Positions 23,351-35,469 of a stretch of 64,000 nucleotides of DNA are shown piece by piece; the first letter of the stretch is position 1, and each line of letters opens with the position of its first letter. A model generated the notes under the pieces. That model was not told the origin of the DNA. It did not search any database and worked only from the letters and a program-made list of their open reading frames with translations. This DNA is from Camelus ferus. Its lineage: Eukaryota. The translations under genes were made by a program, and so were the position numbers. The stretch spans positions 109,804,001-109,868,000 of the forward strand of contig NC_045696.1 of the NCBI RefSeq assembly GCF_009834535.1, written 5' to 3'.

Positions 23351-25644
23351 AAACTTAAGTTGTTACCAACTTAGACTGTTATTATGTAAGTTATTTTATT
23401 TAAGTTCATAGTAACTGCAAACCAGAAACTTATAGTAGATATACAAAAGAGAAGAGAAAGAAATCTAAGCATACGACCCTAGAAAACCATGACTAAATCA
23501 TGAAGAAATAGAAAATCTGACTAGACTAATTACTAGTAAGGAGACTGAGTCAGTAATCAAAACCCTCTCAACAAAGAAAAGTCCAGGACTGGATGGCTTC
23601 ATTGGTAAATTCTAACAAACATTTAATCTTCTCAAACTGTTCCAAAAAATATAAGAGGAGAGAACACTTCTAAACCATTTTATGAGGCCAGCACTACTCT
23701 GATACCAAAACCAGACAAGGACACTACAAGAAAATTACAGACCAGTATCTCTGATGAACATTAATGCAGAAACCCTTAACAAAATATTAGCAAGCTGAAC
23801 TCAACAATACATTAACAGGATCATAACCATAACTAAGCGGGGTTTGTCCCAGGGATGCGAGGGAGTGGACGGTTCAATATCTGCAAGTCAATCAATGCGA
23901 TACACCACAGCAACAAAGTGAAGAATGAAAATCATATGGTTATCTCAATAGATGCAAACAAAGCTTTTCACAGAATTCAACACCCATTTATAAAAACCTT
24001 TGAGAAAAGTGGGTATAGCAGGAAGGTATCCCAACGTAATAAAAGTCATATATGATAAGCCCACTGCCAACATCATACTCCACACTGAACAGCCGAAAGC
24101 TTTCCCTCTAAGGCCAAGAACAAGACAAAGATCCCCACTCTCACCACTTTTATCCATCATTGTATTGGAAGTCTTAGCTAGGGCAGTCAGGCAAGAGAAA
24201 GAAAGAAAGAAAAGGCATCCAAATTGAAAAGAAAGAAGTAACACCGTCACTGTTTACAGATTACATGGTATCATAGCTAGAAAACCCTAAAGACTACACC
24301 AAAAACTGTGAGAATTTTAAAAAAATGAATTCAGTAAAGATGGAGGATACAAAATCAGTATGCAAAATAAGCTGTGTTTCTATACACTAAAGATGAACTC
24401 AGAAAGAGAAATTAAGAAAACAATCCGATTTACAATTGCATCAAACAGAAGCAGATACCTAGGAATAAATTTAACCAAGGAAGTGAAAAACCTGTACACT
24501 GAAAACTGTAAGACACCGATGAAAGAAACTGAAAAGTTGAAAAAGACACAAATAAATGGAAAGATATTCTGTTCCCATGGATTGAAGGAATTAACAATTT
24601 TAAAATGGAAAGCAAGGTACAGCTTCAATGCAATCCCTATCAAAATGTTAATGGCATTTTTCACAGAAACAGAACAAACAATCCTAAAATTTGTATGGAA
24701 CCACAGAAGGTCTTGAATAGCCAAAACAACCTGAGAAAGAAGAACACAGCTAGAAGTATCATGTTTCCTGATTTCAAACTATATTACAAAGATATAACAA
24801 TCAAAACAATACAGTACCAACATAAAAACAGGCATATAAATCAATGGAACCGATAGAGAGCACAACATTAAAGCCACACATACATGGTCAATTAATTTAC
24901 AACAAACATGCCATGAATATACAATGGGGAAAGGACAGTCTCTTCAATAAATGGTGATGGAAAAACTGAACAGCCACAAACAAAAGAAAAACTGGACCAC
25001 TATGTTACACAAAAATAAACTCAAAATGGATTAAAGACTTGAACATAAGGCATGAAACCATAAACTCCTAGAAGGGAACATAGCAGTGAACTCCCTGACA
25101 TAGGTCTTGGTGATGATTTTTTGGATGTGACACCAAAAGCAGAAATAAACAAGTGGGGCTAAGTGCTTCTGCCCCACAAAGGAAACCATCAACAAAATGA
25201 AAAGGCAACGTAACAAATGAGAGAAAATATTTGCAAATTATATATCTGATAAAAGGCTAATATCCAATTTATGTAAGAACTCACACAAGTCAGTAGCAAA
25301 AAACAAACAAACAAACAAACTGATTTAAAAATGGGCAGAGGGTCTGAATAGACATTTTTCCAAAGGAGACATACAGATGGCCAACAGGTACATGAAAAAG
25401 TGCTCAATATTTATCATCAGGGAAATACAAATCAAAACTGTAAGATATCACCTTACACCTGTTAGAATGGTTATCATCAGAAAGACAAGAGTTGACGAGC
25501 ATGTTGAGAAAGGGGAACACTTGTCCCACTGTTGATGGGAATATAAATTGGTGCAGCCACTATGGAAAGCAGTACGGAGTTTCCTCAAAAAATTAAAAAC
25601 AGAACTACCATGTGATCCAGCAATCCCACTTCTGGGTATTTATC

Positions 25645-25681
<37 letters not shown>

Positions 25682-26088
25682 ACCAAAAAAACCCCCGAAA
25701 ACACTAACTTGAAAAGACATCTGTACCCCAATGTTCACTGAAGCATTATTTACAATAGCCATGATATGGAAACAGAAATGGATAAAGAAAATTCATAGCT
25801 ATACACAACTGAGTATTATTCAACCATAAACAGAAAGAAGTCTTTTCATTTGTAACAACATGGATAAACCTTGGGAACATAATGTTAAGTAAAACAGTCA
25901 GACAGAAAAAGGCAAATACCATACAATCTCACTTATATGTGGACTCCAAAACAAAACAGAACAAAACTCATAGATAAAGGGAAAAAAATTGGTGGTTGCA
26001 TGAGGTCAAGGTGGGGTATGTGTGTGAAACAGGTGAGTAAAAGTGGTCAAAAGGTACAAACTTCTACTTATAAAAAAGTCCTGGTAGT

Positions 26089-26258
26089 GGGGAGGGTATA
26101 GCTCAGTGGTAAAGCACATGCTTAGCATGCACAAGGTCCTGGGTTCAATCCCCAGTACCTCCATTAAAAAAACAAACAAACCAAAAAACTAATTCTACCC
26201 CCCACCAAAAAGTATAAAAATAAAGTTACACTCAAAAAAAAAAAAAAAAAAACAAAAC
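26089..26258 (+). mobile_element. Vic-1-type SINE
   Basis: Same head sequence, A-rich tail, flanking agtcctggt repeat. Confidence 0.88.
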
Positions 26259-27399
26259 AGTCCTGGTGATGTAACATATGGCATAGTAACTATAGTTAAT
26301 AATATGGTACGTGTATTTGAGAGTTGCTAAGAAAGTATATCTTAAAAAGTTCTCAGCACAAGAAAAAAAATTACAACTATGTGTGGTGATGGATGTTAAC
26401 TAGAATTATTGTGCTGATCATTTTGCAGTCTGTACAAATATTAAATCATTATGTTGTACACCGGAAACAAATATAATGTTATTTATAAACTGTATCTCAG
26501 TTTAAAAAGAAAAAATGAGTCAAGAGACAGAAACCAGACCAATAACTTGAGGATGAACACTTAATATAATGAACTGCGAATTGGTAAAAGACAATTAACC
26601 ACTGAAAGGGATAAAAGAGGATGGCAAGAAGTACAAAAGCAGCAACTGCTGAAAGTAACTACTACCCTAACACCGAGGGAGAGTGAAGAGGAAAAGGACT
26701 CAGATACCTACACACATAACTCGCACCTCTGAGCAAACTGTATGGTGGTGAAGACAGGCAGGAGGGCAGAGGCCTCAGCTGAGGGCAGTAGCATCCTGCC
26801 ACTGGGTGGCAGGAGCACTTGTCAGGAGGCCTGAGCCACAGCTGACCGTTGGGGCCACCGCCGTAGTGGAGGAGAGCGCCACTGGAGGGTGAGGGCTGCT
26901 GCTGGACCAGGGGGGCCGCCCCAGTGAGCACTCCCAGGCTCCACCATATGCTGATCCATTGGCTACAGTGGAAAACAGCACACCAGGCAGGAAAATCCCT
27001 TCCCTTCCGCGGCTCTAGCCTTTCAGTGTCTCTACAGCGCCCTCTATTGACCACACAGTCCATTGATAATCAGGCCAGTTAAGGGCTGCACTTGACCCCT
27101 GTTACTGGGAGATCAGGGAACCCATCTCAGTGGCACGGTCACAGCTAGCCTGTAGAGGAGAGCAACTGTAGAGATTCAAGGATGCAAGTGCTCCCCTCAC
27201 TAATGTATTTCTCAATGTCTTAATTAAGGAAGTATTTTGTGGACCTTGGCAGAGAATGTAATTTGGGGGAGGGAAGTGTGCAGCTTTCACATGATAAATA
27301 CATTTCAACATTCCTTTCTTCCCAAGCCATTCGATTCCTTCTTCCACATCATGCTATGGAAGCTTCAACATCTCAGCTTCATCAAACATAGGTCACCAC

Positions 27400-27558
27400 A
27401 GACTACATCGAACCAAAGAGATTCCACACAGCAAAGGAACCCATCAACAAAATGAAAAGGCAACCTACTGAATGGGAGAAAATATTTGCAAACCATATAT
27501 CTGATAAGGGGTTTATATCTAAAATATGCCAAAAAACTCATACAAGTAAATAGCATAA

Positions 27559-27614
<56 letters not shown>

Positions 27615-28572
27615 GGGCAAAGGATCTGAATAGGCATTTTCTCAGAGAAGACATGCACATGCCCAAGAGAAAAGGTGCTCAATATCACTTATCATCAGGG
27701 AAATGCAAATCAGAACCACAACAAGGCATCACTTCCCATCTGTTAGAATGCCTATCATCAAAAAGATAGATAACAATTGTTGGTGAGCATGCGGAGAAAA
27801 GGGAACTTTTGTGCCGTTGTTGGGAATGTAAACTGGTGCAGCTACTATGGAAAACAGTATGGAGGTTCCTCAAAAAAATTAAAAATAGAACCACCATGTG
27901 ATCCAGCAATCTCACTTCTGGGTATTTATCCAAAGAAAAGGAAAACAGTAACTTAGAAAGACATCTGCACCCCCATGTTCACTGCAGCATAATTTACAAT
28001 AACCAAGATAAGGAAACAACCAATGAATGAATGGATAAAGAAAACTGGTACATATATATACACAAAGGAGTATTACTCAGCCATAAAAAGGAAATCTTTT
28101 CATTTGGGACATGACAACATCGATAGACTTTGGGAGAATAATGCTAAGTGAAATAAGTCAGACAGAAAAAGACAAATACTATATGATCTCACTTACATGT
28201 GGAGTACAAAACTCAAAGAGGACAAGTTGATGGTTGCCAGAAGGCAGGATATATGTTTGTGTGTGTGTGTGTGTCTGTGTGAAATAGGTGAGTGAAGGTG
28301 GTCAAAATGTACAAATAAGTAACTCCTGGGGATGTAATGTAGGCCATGGTGACTAACGTTAATAATACTGTATTGCATATTTGAAAGTTACTAAAAAGTA
28401 GATCTTAAAAGTCCTCATTACAAGAAAAAGAATTTTGTAACTATGTATGGTGATGAATGTTAACTAGACATATTCTGCAATATATACAAATAGCAAATCA
28501 TATTGTACATCTGAAACTAATGTGTTATATGTCAATTATACATCAAAAACCCCCACAAAAAACAAAATAGAA
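27400..28572 (+). mobile_element. 5'-truncated L1 inserted into ERV-L gag
   Basis: ORF2 end plus 3' UTR; TSD aaacataggtcaccac (27384-27399) / aaacataggccaccac (28573-28588). Confidence 0.88.
27557..27612 (+). repeat. (TAAA)n microsatellite
   Basis: About 13 tandem TAAA units inside the L1. Confidence 0.95.
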
Positions 28573-29286
28573 AAACATAGGCCACCACTGAGACCAAGTT
28601 TCAGTCAACCAACAAAGATGTAAGCTGTTAGAGCCTTAAGAGCTAATACTTTAAGTCCAGAATATCTCTGGTAAGTGCACCCATATCAACGGATGCAGCT
28701 CAGTCTAGCTATATATTCTATTCTCCTTGCTCTAACACTCTTCAAATACACTTCCACACATATTTTCCAGATTTCTGCTAATATATGTTAGGAAAATCTT
28801 ACCATTTTCCCCCTCTTTGGCTGTGAGTGTAGTGGCATCAAAGTTCTTGAGAATGAGCGTGTGTTTTGCAAGGCGATCTGACCCGAGTGAAGAGCCTCAG
28901 GATTTTCCAGAAAAGGTTAGCCTCCTCAGCTAACACAGGAGGGCAAACTATGCCCACTGGCAGGAAAGGCTCAGAGAGACGTGACATTTTAACACTTTCA
29001 GTTTAGTCTGAGTCCAACCAAAATTTGCCATCCCAAGTTTCAGGGCCCCATCTTTCAGAGTGAATATCCTCAATTTCACATGAGAAACTTAATGAGGCTA
29101 TGAATTCAATGGATGTAGACAATTAAGTTTTGTCTGATTTTCAGCAATGAAAATACATGAAATGATTCCCTTAGGGCTGTTACGGGGGCTTCTCTGGTCC
29201 TTGAACTTTGTTGAGCTGAGAGTTTAAGGACCTGAGCTTGTCAATTCTTCTTATAAGCACTGGGGTTAGGAGGGAAGGGCAGCAGA

Positions 29287-29374
29287 GAAGGAAGAATAGC
29301 TCAGTGGCAGAGCACATGCTTAGCATGCAGGAGGTCCTGGGTTCAATTCCCAGTACCTCGATTAAAAAAAAAAA
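29287..29374 (+). mobile_element. Vic-1-type SINE (short)
   Basis: atagctcagtggcagagcacatgcttagcatgc...ggttcaattcccagtacctc plus poly(A). Confidence 0.85.
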
Positions 29375-30129
29375 TCTGCCCAAACCACTCCGTGCATGGA
29401 GAACCAACCCCACACTGGCCCTTGCAGACGTCATTACTGCCATAAAAAGTCCCCAGGGGCTCCCACGACACTTGCTTCAGCAATACTTCATCACAAGCAG
29501 AGGTGGTAGCGTAACTGTAATGTCACTGCCTGTCATGGCTTATGACCATTTCACCAGCCAGCATTCGGTCAGGTAACAAATTAAAGCAGTAATTTAGACA
29601 GGAAAAATAGAAAGAATTATTACTAGTAAAGTGGTTAATGACTAAGAAAGGTCAAAGACGGTGCTAAAGGGTAGAGCAGTAGTAACTTCAGAAAGCAGCC
29701 GCTGGCCCTGGCGCTGAGGAAATGTGAGCAAGGAAGGAACTTAGAAACTTCAAGGCAGGGTCCCTCTTAATGCTGAGGTTCAAACCAGGGAAGGGAAGCA
29801 TGGCCGACACTGCCACACCCAGCCTGCCAGTGGCGGAGAAACTTGCCGGAGGGTAAGGGTTGCAGTAACAGTTGGAGGGTGTGAGCCATGGTCCGACCAC
29901 TAGGGCTGCTGGTGTGAACGTCCCAGGCTCACATGCCAATGAGGACCCGAAGAAAGGCTTTGCCTCTTGCCGATTCTACCGTGTTCCTCCAGCGCCCTCT
30001 GCTGGCAAAGGCGAGATGGGTGCAGGGTCCAGCGTTTTTTGATGCAGGGCAAAGACCGCCTTTGGAAGTAAAAGCCATAAATTAACAACGCGCATGCTAC
30101 TCATTTATAGGAAGCATAGGAAAGTGATC

Positions 30130-30545
30130 TTCTAAATTCACAATCTGGACAGTTCTGCAAGCCAAATGGCCGGAATTATGGTACGAATAAAGTGGGAAAT
30201 GACGGAAGCCTTGAAGACTAAATGCAACAGGTCATCCTTGCCTAGATTGTTTCAAACAAGCAAACTGTAAACAGCACCATGAAAAATGAGAGAAATTTTT
30301 AACACCAACAGGATATATGATGTTAAGAAAATGTTAGTTTTTTAGGTGTGATAATGGTATTGCGGTTAAGAATCTTTATCCCTAGGTGAAATATTTATGG
30401 ATGATATAGATCTGGGACCAGCCTTACATTAATCCGTGAATAAGACTGGCCACAGACTGATGACTGTTGAAGCTGGCTTATGGGTTTGAGGACATTTATT
30501 ATTCTATTCCCTGTTCTAATGTATTTGAAATTTTTCATCATAAAA
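30130..30545 (+). mobile_element. Old L1 3' end (L1MC/MD-like)
   Basis: Typical text gactaaatgcaac...ttttaggtgtgataatggtattg...gtatttgaaatttttcat. Confidence 0.6.
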
Positions 30546-30589
30546 CATCCTAAAAAAATTAAATCACACACCCAAAAGTTTTTTTTAAA

Positions 30590-30745
30590 ATTTTGTATTT
30601 TAAAAAAATTATTTTTACTTATTTTTAATTTTGTGGGGGAGGTAATTAGGCTTTTAATTAATTATTTATTTGAGCGGGGGTACTGGGGATTGAACTCAGG
30701 ACATGCTAAGCATGCACCCTACCACTGAGCCATACCCTCTCCCTC
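30590..30745 (-). mobile_element. Vic-1-type SINE
   Basis: Reverse head gtactggggattgaactcagg...catgctaagcatgc...ctaccactgagc. Confidence 0.85.
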
Positions 30746-30984
30746 TCAGAAATGTTTTAAAGGGTAGTAGAACTCACCCCAACATCAGAAACTCTATTCT
30801 GCTGCTTTGAGCGGGAGACAGTAAGGAAACCAGCCTGTGGGGCATCCATGTCGACTTCGGGATGAGAATACGGCAAAAGGCATTTTCAAGCCAAATTCGA
30901 AGAAACGCTAGTTTCCCACTTTTCTTCCCTTAAATCTAGCAAGAGGAGTGGAAGCAAAGCCTCATGGTTAATGACATGCAGGAG

Positions 30985-31160
30985 CCAAAACACCTGGGCT
31001 GGCATCCTGGCTCCTTCATTACCTGCTCCGTGTGATTGAGACGAGCCTCCTTAACCTTTCAGAACCGAGTTCTCCATCTTTAAGGGACTGCCAGGAATTA
31101 AATGAGTAACATTTGTGACCTGTTTAGAAGCATGCCCAGCCCAAGGTTAAGTACTAAATA
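30985..31160 (+). mobile_element. MIR SINE
   Basis: MIR-like core (ccttaacctttc...gaattaaatgagtaac). Confidence 0.55.
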
Positions 31161-32221
31161 AGTAAGTTTTTTAAGATTCTAACAAATGATTTGCTATTTA
31201 ACACTCTTGCCAGACTGGAGCTTGCCAGACTGTTAAAAGACAGAGAGAAGGAAGGAGGGGCGTCAGAAACGGACACGGGAATATAATGGAAGCTGCCACC
31301 TGCTTTCACGCCCATCACACTAACGTCGTGCAGCTGCGGTTGGGAGTTCCTGACATCCAAGTTTGATTCAGGTCCTAAGTAAAGGCTTACATTTGAACTG
31401 TAAAATCAGAGAAATCCAGCAAGAAATCTGCAGTAGTTCCAACAATTTCAAGCCAAAGACAAGCCTAAGAGGACTCCTCTCCCGGCCCACACGCTATTCA
31501 AAAGGATGCTGAAGTGCCGCCCACGTGCCCCTTACAAGGTGGAACTGGTGAGTGAAGTGAACCACCGGCCAAGAGTGTGGGCACCACAGGCGTCTGCGGT
31601 TCCAGCGCTTAGCGAGCCGAGCTGCAGGATTCTGCAGTTGCTAAAGCCTGTCTCTGGTAACGCTGACCGTGTTCATTTCGTAGTCACCAGGGAGAACTTC
31701 AGAATTCTAAAGAAACCCTTAAAATCCAGAGGTGTTGTCACTGGCAACATAATGGAAAGGCAAATTAAAAGTAGCCAGGAGTAGTGTGAGGCGGATTAAC
31801 ATTTACAGTGAGTAAATTCCGGAATGGTCAGATTTACTGTCAAGACACAAATCAGGCAGAATAATAATTACTGTGTAAGAGAAGGAGAAGTAGCTACAGT
31901 AATTATATTGATGATGAGGGAATTATATTGATGTCTGGGAAAAGACAGGAAAAATTTAACATGGTCTTTATACTGATAATTACAGAACTCTAAAGAGGTG
32001 TACATAAGTCAAAAGAACTTAGTATACAGGCTTGCAGGTCCTTTCCCCCAACTGCAGTATCCATTTCCCCCCTTTTCACAGTCTCCAAAAATGCATTTCA
32101 AAATACAGTGATCCTTTCTAGGCTGGGAATACGATTGAAAAGTTTTCCTACATACTCTGACTGGCCCTGTGACTGTTTTCTAACTCAGTTAGAAAGAGAT
32201 CGTCTCTTATTTTGAAGTAAC

Positions 32222-32388
32222 CCAGTGGTTCCCATACTTTGCCGCACATTGGAATTAACTGAGGAATTGGAAAAAAAAAAATCCCTGTGTGCACCAATTC
32301 TATCAGAATGCATGGGAGAGGGAGTCAGCAAAAGTATTTTTAAAAATCTCCAGGCTATTCCAAAATGCAGCAGTTTGAGAACCGTGGA
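32222..32388. mobile_element. MER5-like hAT element
   Basis: Termini cagtggttccca ... tttgagaaccgtg. Confidence 0.65.
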
Positions 32389-32681
32389 CATAACCTGTTG
32401 AGTTGCCTCACTTCTTACAAAGAAAATTTCTGTAAGATAAGAACTTCAGCTGCAGTCTTTCTAAAGGATGATATAGTGTCTAAACTTAGGAGTTCAAAAT
32501 CAAGGACACAAAGTCTCTCCTGAGGATTTAGTTTCCATATTCTCACACTCAAAATGATTAATAGTTTATTTTGTACAACTTGCCTCCCTACACAAAAAGA
32601 TTAAAAATTGAAGTTTGAGTGTTCTGGGGGGTTAGGGGAAGGTAAAGTTATAGAATAGGAATTAAGAGATGGTGTAGAAAA

Positions 32682-32973
32682 CAGAAACGGACTCTCAGAC
32701 ATAGAGAACAAACTTATGATTACCAGGGGTAAAGGGGGTGGGAAGGGATAAATTGGGAGCTCGAAATTTGTAAATACTAACTACTATATATAAAATGGAT
32801 TTAAAAAGATTTCTTCTGTATAGCACAGGGAACTGTATTCAATATCTTGTAGTAGCCTGTAATGAAAAAGAAAATGAAAAGGAATATATGTGTATATATG
32901 TATGACTGAGACATTATGCTGTACACCAGAAACTGACACATTGCAACTGACTGTTACTTCAATTAAAAAAGAG
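32682..32973 (+). mobile_element. 5'-truncated L1 3' end (artiodactyl type)
   Basis: Perfect 17-bp TSD agagatggtgtagaaaa at 32665-32681 and 32974-32990. Confidence 0.9.
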
Positions 32974-34034
32974 AGAGATGGTGTAGAAAATTATTGCCAG
33001 ACATTTTTGTCGTAACAAAATAAGTAAAATACCCTGGTTTAAGATTTAAAACCTCAGAGCTTGGGTTCAAAAACTGCTCAGGTTTAATGAAAAAACAAAA
33101 ACAGAAGACCACTTTTCCTAAATTGTCACAGCAAAATGTAAAATATCACACTAAATATTTGCAGTAAGTCTTTTAAGTCATCCCCTCTGTGGAATCTGCT
33201 ACCTCTTTTAGAGGGATAGTGGCTGCCTCTTCAGTTGTTGACCCAACCTCTCACCTGACGCTAAATCTGTCTGCTCAAGACTATCACTGATTAAGAAAGA
33301 CTATGGGTGCTATTTCCCTCACACTTACACAGTATCTTCCATCATATTTGGAGACAAAGATCTTATCCTTACATGCTTCTTGCTGCCTGCACTGACTGGA
33401 TCCCTGCAGAGTGCAGGTGGGAGAGGCTGTTCAGTGGGGAGGGTATTCACAGGTGAGATAAGAGCTCTGCCCAGCTTGTGTTACTGTATCTAATTAGCAT
33501 CTAAAATTCTGGTTCTCACCTGGGCTACAATTTCAAAAGGCTTAAACTGCCTTAATGATTATATATAATTAGTATATGTACACATATACACACATGTATA
33601 TATATCCTAAATTCTTGATGTGAACATAATCCCTCTCATTTGTTCTTAGATAATAAAAACACTCACTTAAAGCCGTTATTTCTTTTCTTTGATTAATATT
33701 CCCTTTATACTATTCATTACCTTATATGAAGCTTGAGAAGCAATTCATAACTTGCCTGCATTCTGCAGACCCCACTATTCCATGAGTCACAGCAGCTGGA
33801 TGATGAATTCAAACTGTTACACACCTGCATTTTCAGGACACTAGTTATTAGATTATCTGTGTATATGATTCTCTACTTCCTTGATTCTCCTTTCTAGCTC
33901 TGATTATCCCTTTAAACTGTCTCCTCTGTGTAATATTCTGACCTCAATCCTTTGATCAGTCTACCACACAGCCTGACCTATCTCCCCAACTCCTGTCCCA
34001 CACTCCCAAACTCCTGTCATCCTTTACCATGTGT

Positions 34035-34178
34035 TTCTTTTTTTATTAATTTTTTTTTTAAATTTTGAGGGGGAGATAAATAGGTCTAATTTATTTATTT
34101 TAATGGAGGTACTGGGGATTGAACCCAGGACCTCATGCATGCTAAGTATGTGCTCTACCACTGAACTATACCCTCTCC
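34035..34178 (-). mobile_element. Vic-1-type SINE
   Basis: Reverse head ggaggtactggggattgaacccaggacc...ctaccactgaactataccctc. Confidence 0.88.
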
Positions 34179-34264
34179 ACTTACAATATTTCTAATCAAA
34201 CCAATTTCACATTCTAGTAGAGGGAGAGAAATAAGATATTTAGTGTGCAAAATGGAGGAGTCTT

Positions 34265-35335
34265 GATGATGGAGAAATCTTTTCGAAAAATGATGCTGGA
34301 CAAATGGATATCCGTGTGTAATAGAATGAAGTCAGACTACCTCATACCATATTCAAAAACTAACTCAAAATGGATCAAAGATCTCAATGAAAGAGTTAAA
34401 CTACAAAACCCCTAGAACAAGCATAAATCTTTGTGACCTTGGTTAGGTAATGATGTCTTAGATACACCCAAAGCTCAGGCAACTGAAAAAAGGATAAATT
34501 TGCCCTCATCAAAATTAAAAACTTTTGTGCTTCAAAAGATACTATTAAGAAAGTGGAGATGGGAGAAAACATTTGCAAATTACGTATCTGATGAGGGACT
34601 AGTACCTAGAATATATAAAGAACTCTAGTGACTCAATAATAAAAAGATAAAAGATTCAATTAAAAAATTAGCAAAGGATTTGAATAGATGAGTTTTTCCA
34701 AAGACATACAAATAGCCAATAAGCACATGAACAGATGTTCAACATCACTGATCATTACAGAAATGCAACTCAAAACCATGAGATACCACTTCATGCCAAC
34801 TGGGATGACTAGAATCAAAAAGGTCAGGTAACAAGTAATTATGGAAATATGGAGAAATCAAAACCCTCAGACATTGCACAGCCATTTTGGAAAGGGGTCT
34901 GGCAGTTACTCAGAAAGTTACCCTATGACCCAGCAATTTCATTCCTAGATACATACCCAAGAGAATTGAAAAACATGTTGACACAAAAACTTGTACATCA
35001 AACTTCATAGCAGCATTATTCATAACAAGGACAAAGTAGAAATGATCCAGATGTTCATCAACTGATGAATGGACGCCAGTCAAAAAAAGACCCCATATTC
35101 TATAGCCCTGTTAATATAAAATGTCCAGAATAGAGAAATCTACAGAGAAAAAGAATAGCTGTTGCCTAGGGCTGGGGATTTGAAGGGAAGTGGGAAAGGA
35201 CTCCTCATGGATATGGGATTTCTATGCAGGATGAGGACAACATCCCAGGATTAAAAGTAGTGATAGTTGTGTAACTTTCAAAATATATATTTTCGTGGTA
35301 CACTTTAAAAGGGTGACTTTTATCTCAGAAAAAAA
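34265..35335 (+). mobile_element. Old L1 (L1MB-like) ORF2 end and 3' UTR
   Basis: Contains aactcaaaatggatcaaag...ctatgacccagcaatttcattcctag L1 text. Confidence 0.8.
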
Positions 35336-35469
35336 AAGTTGGTAAAAAAAAACTATGGAGGAACTTAAAGGAGGAAAGTGATAGGAAGTGAGTTTTTGAG
35401 CGTGTTCTATTAAACAGGGCGGTTGAGAAAAATCTCAGTCAAGTATGAAGAATGACCAAATAATAAATT

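Larger units (their letters stand above)
19385..26512 (+). mobile_element. Long degenerate L1 (monomeric 5' UTR, ORF1, internally deleted ORF2, 3' UTR) with nested insertions
   Basis: ORF1-like text at ~21370-22350, ORF2 RT-region peptides ([12 protein letters not shown]...[23 protein letters not shown]) and an L1MA-type 3' end at ~26500. Confidence 0.9.
26520..30110 (-). mobile_element. Internally deleted ERV-L provirus (two related LTRs at ~26520-27062 and ~29575-30110, plus gag remnant)
   Basis: The minus strand gives ERV-L gag peptides (QKSGKYVW..DMGALTR; LTETWSQWWPMFDEAEM..VEEGIEWL..GML..IYHV..LRNTLVRGA). The two LTRs share motifs such as cagcgccctct. Confidence 0.75.

Noticed and set aside
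22690..24856. ORFs of 100-160 aa as host genes
   Set aside because: They are L1 ORF2 fragments or their antisense translations.
26089..26162. tRNA-like sequences (A and B boxes) here and at eight other sites
   Set aside because: They are SINE heads with A-rich tails and TSDs, diverged from one another, and not tRNA genes.
27102..27347. Domesticated gag-derived gene
   Set aside because: In-frame stops, frameshifts and an L1 insertion disrupt the gag.
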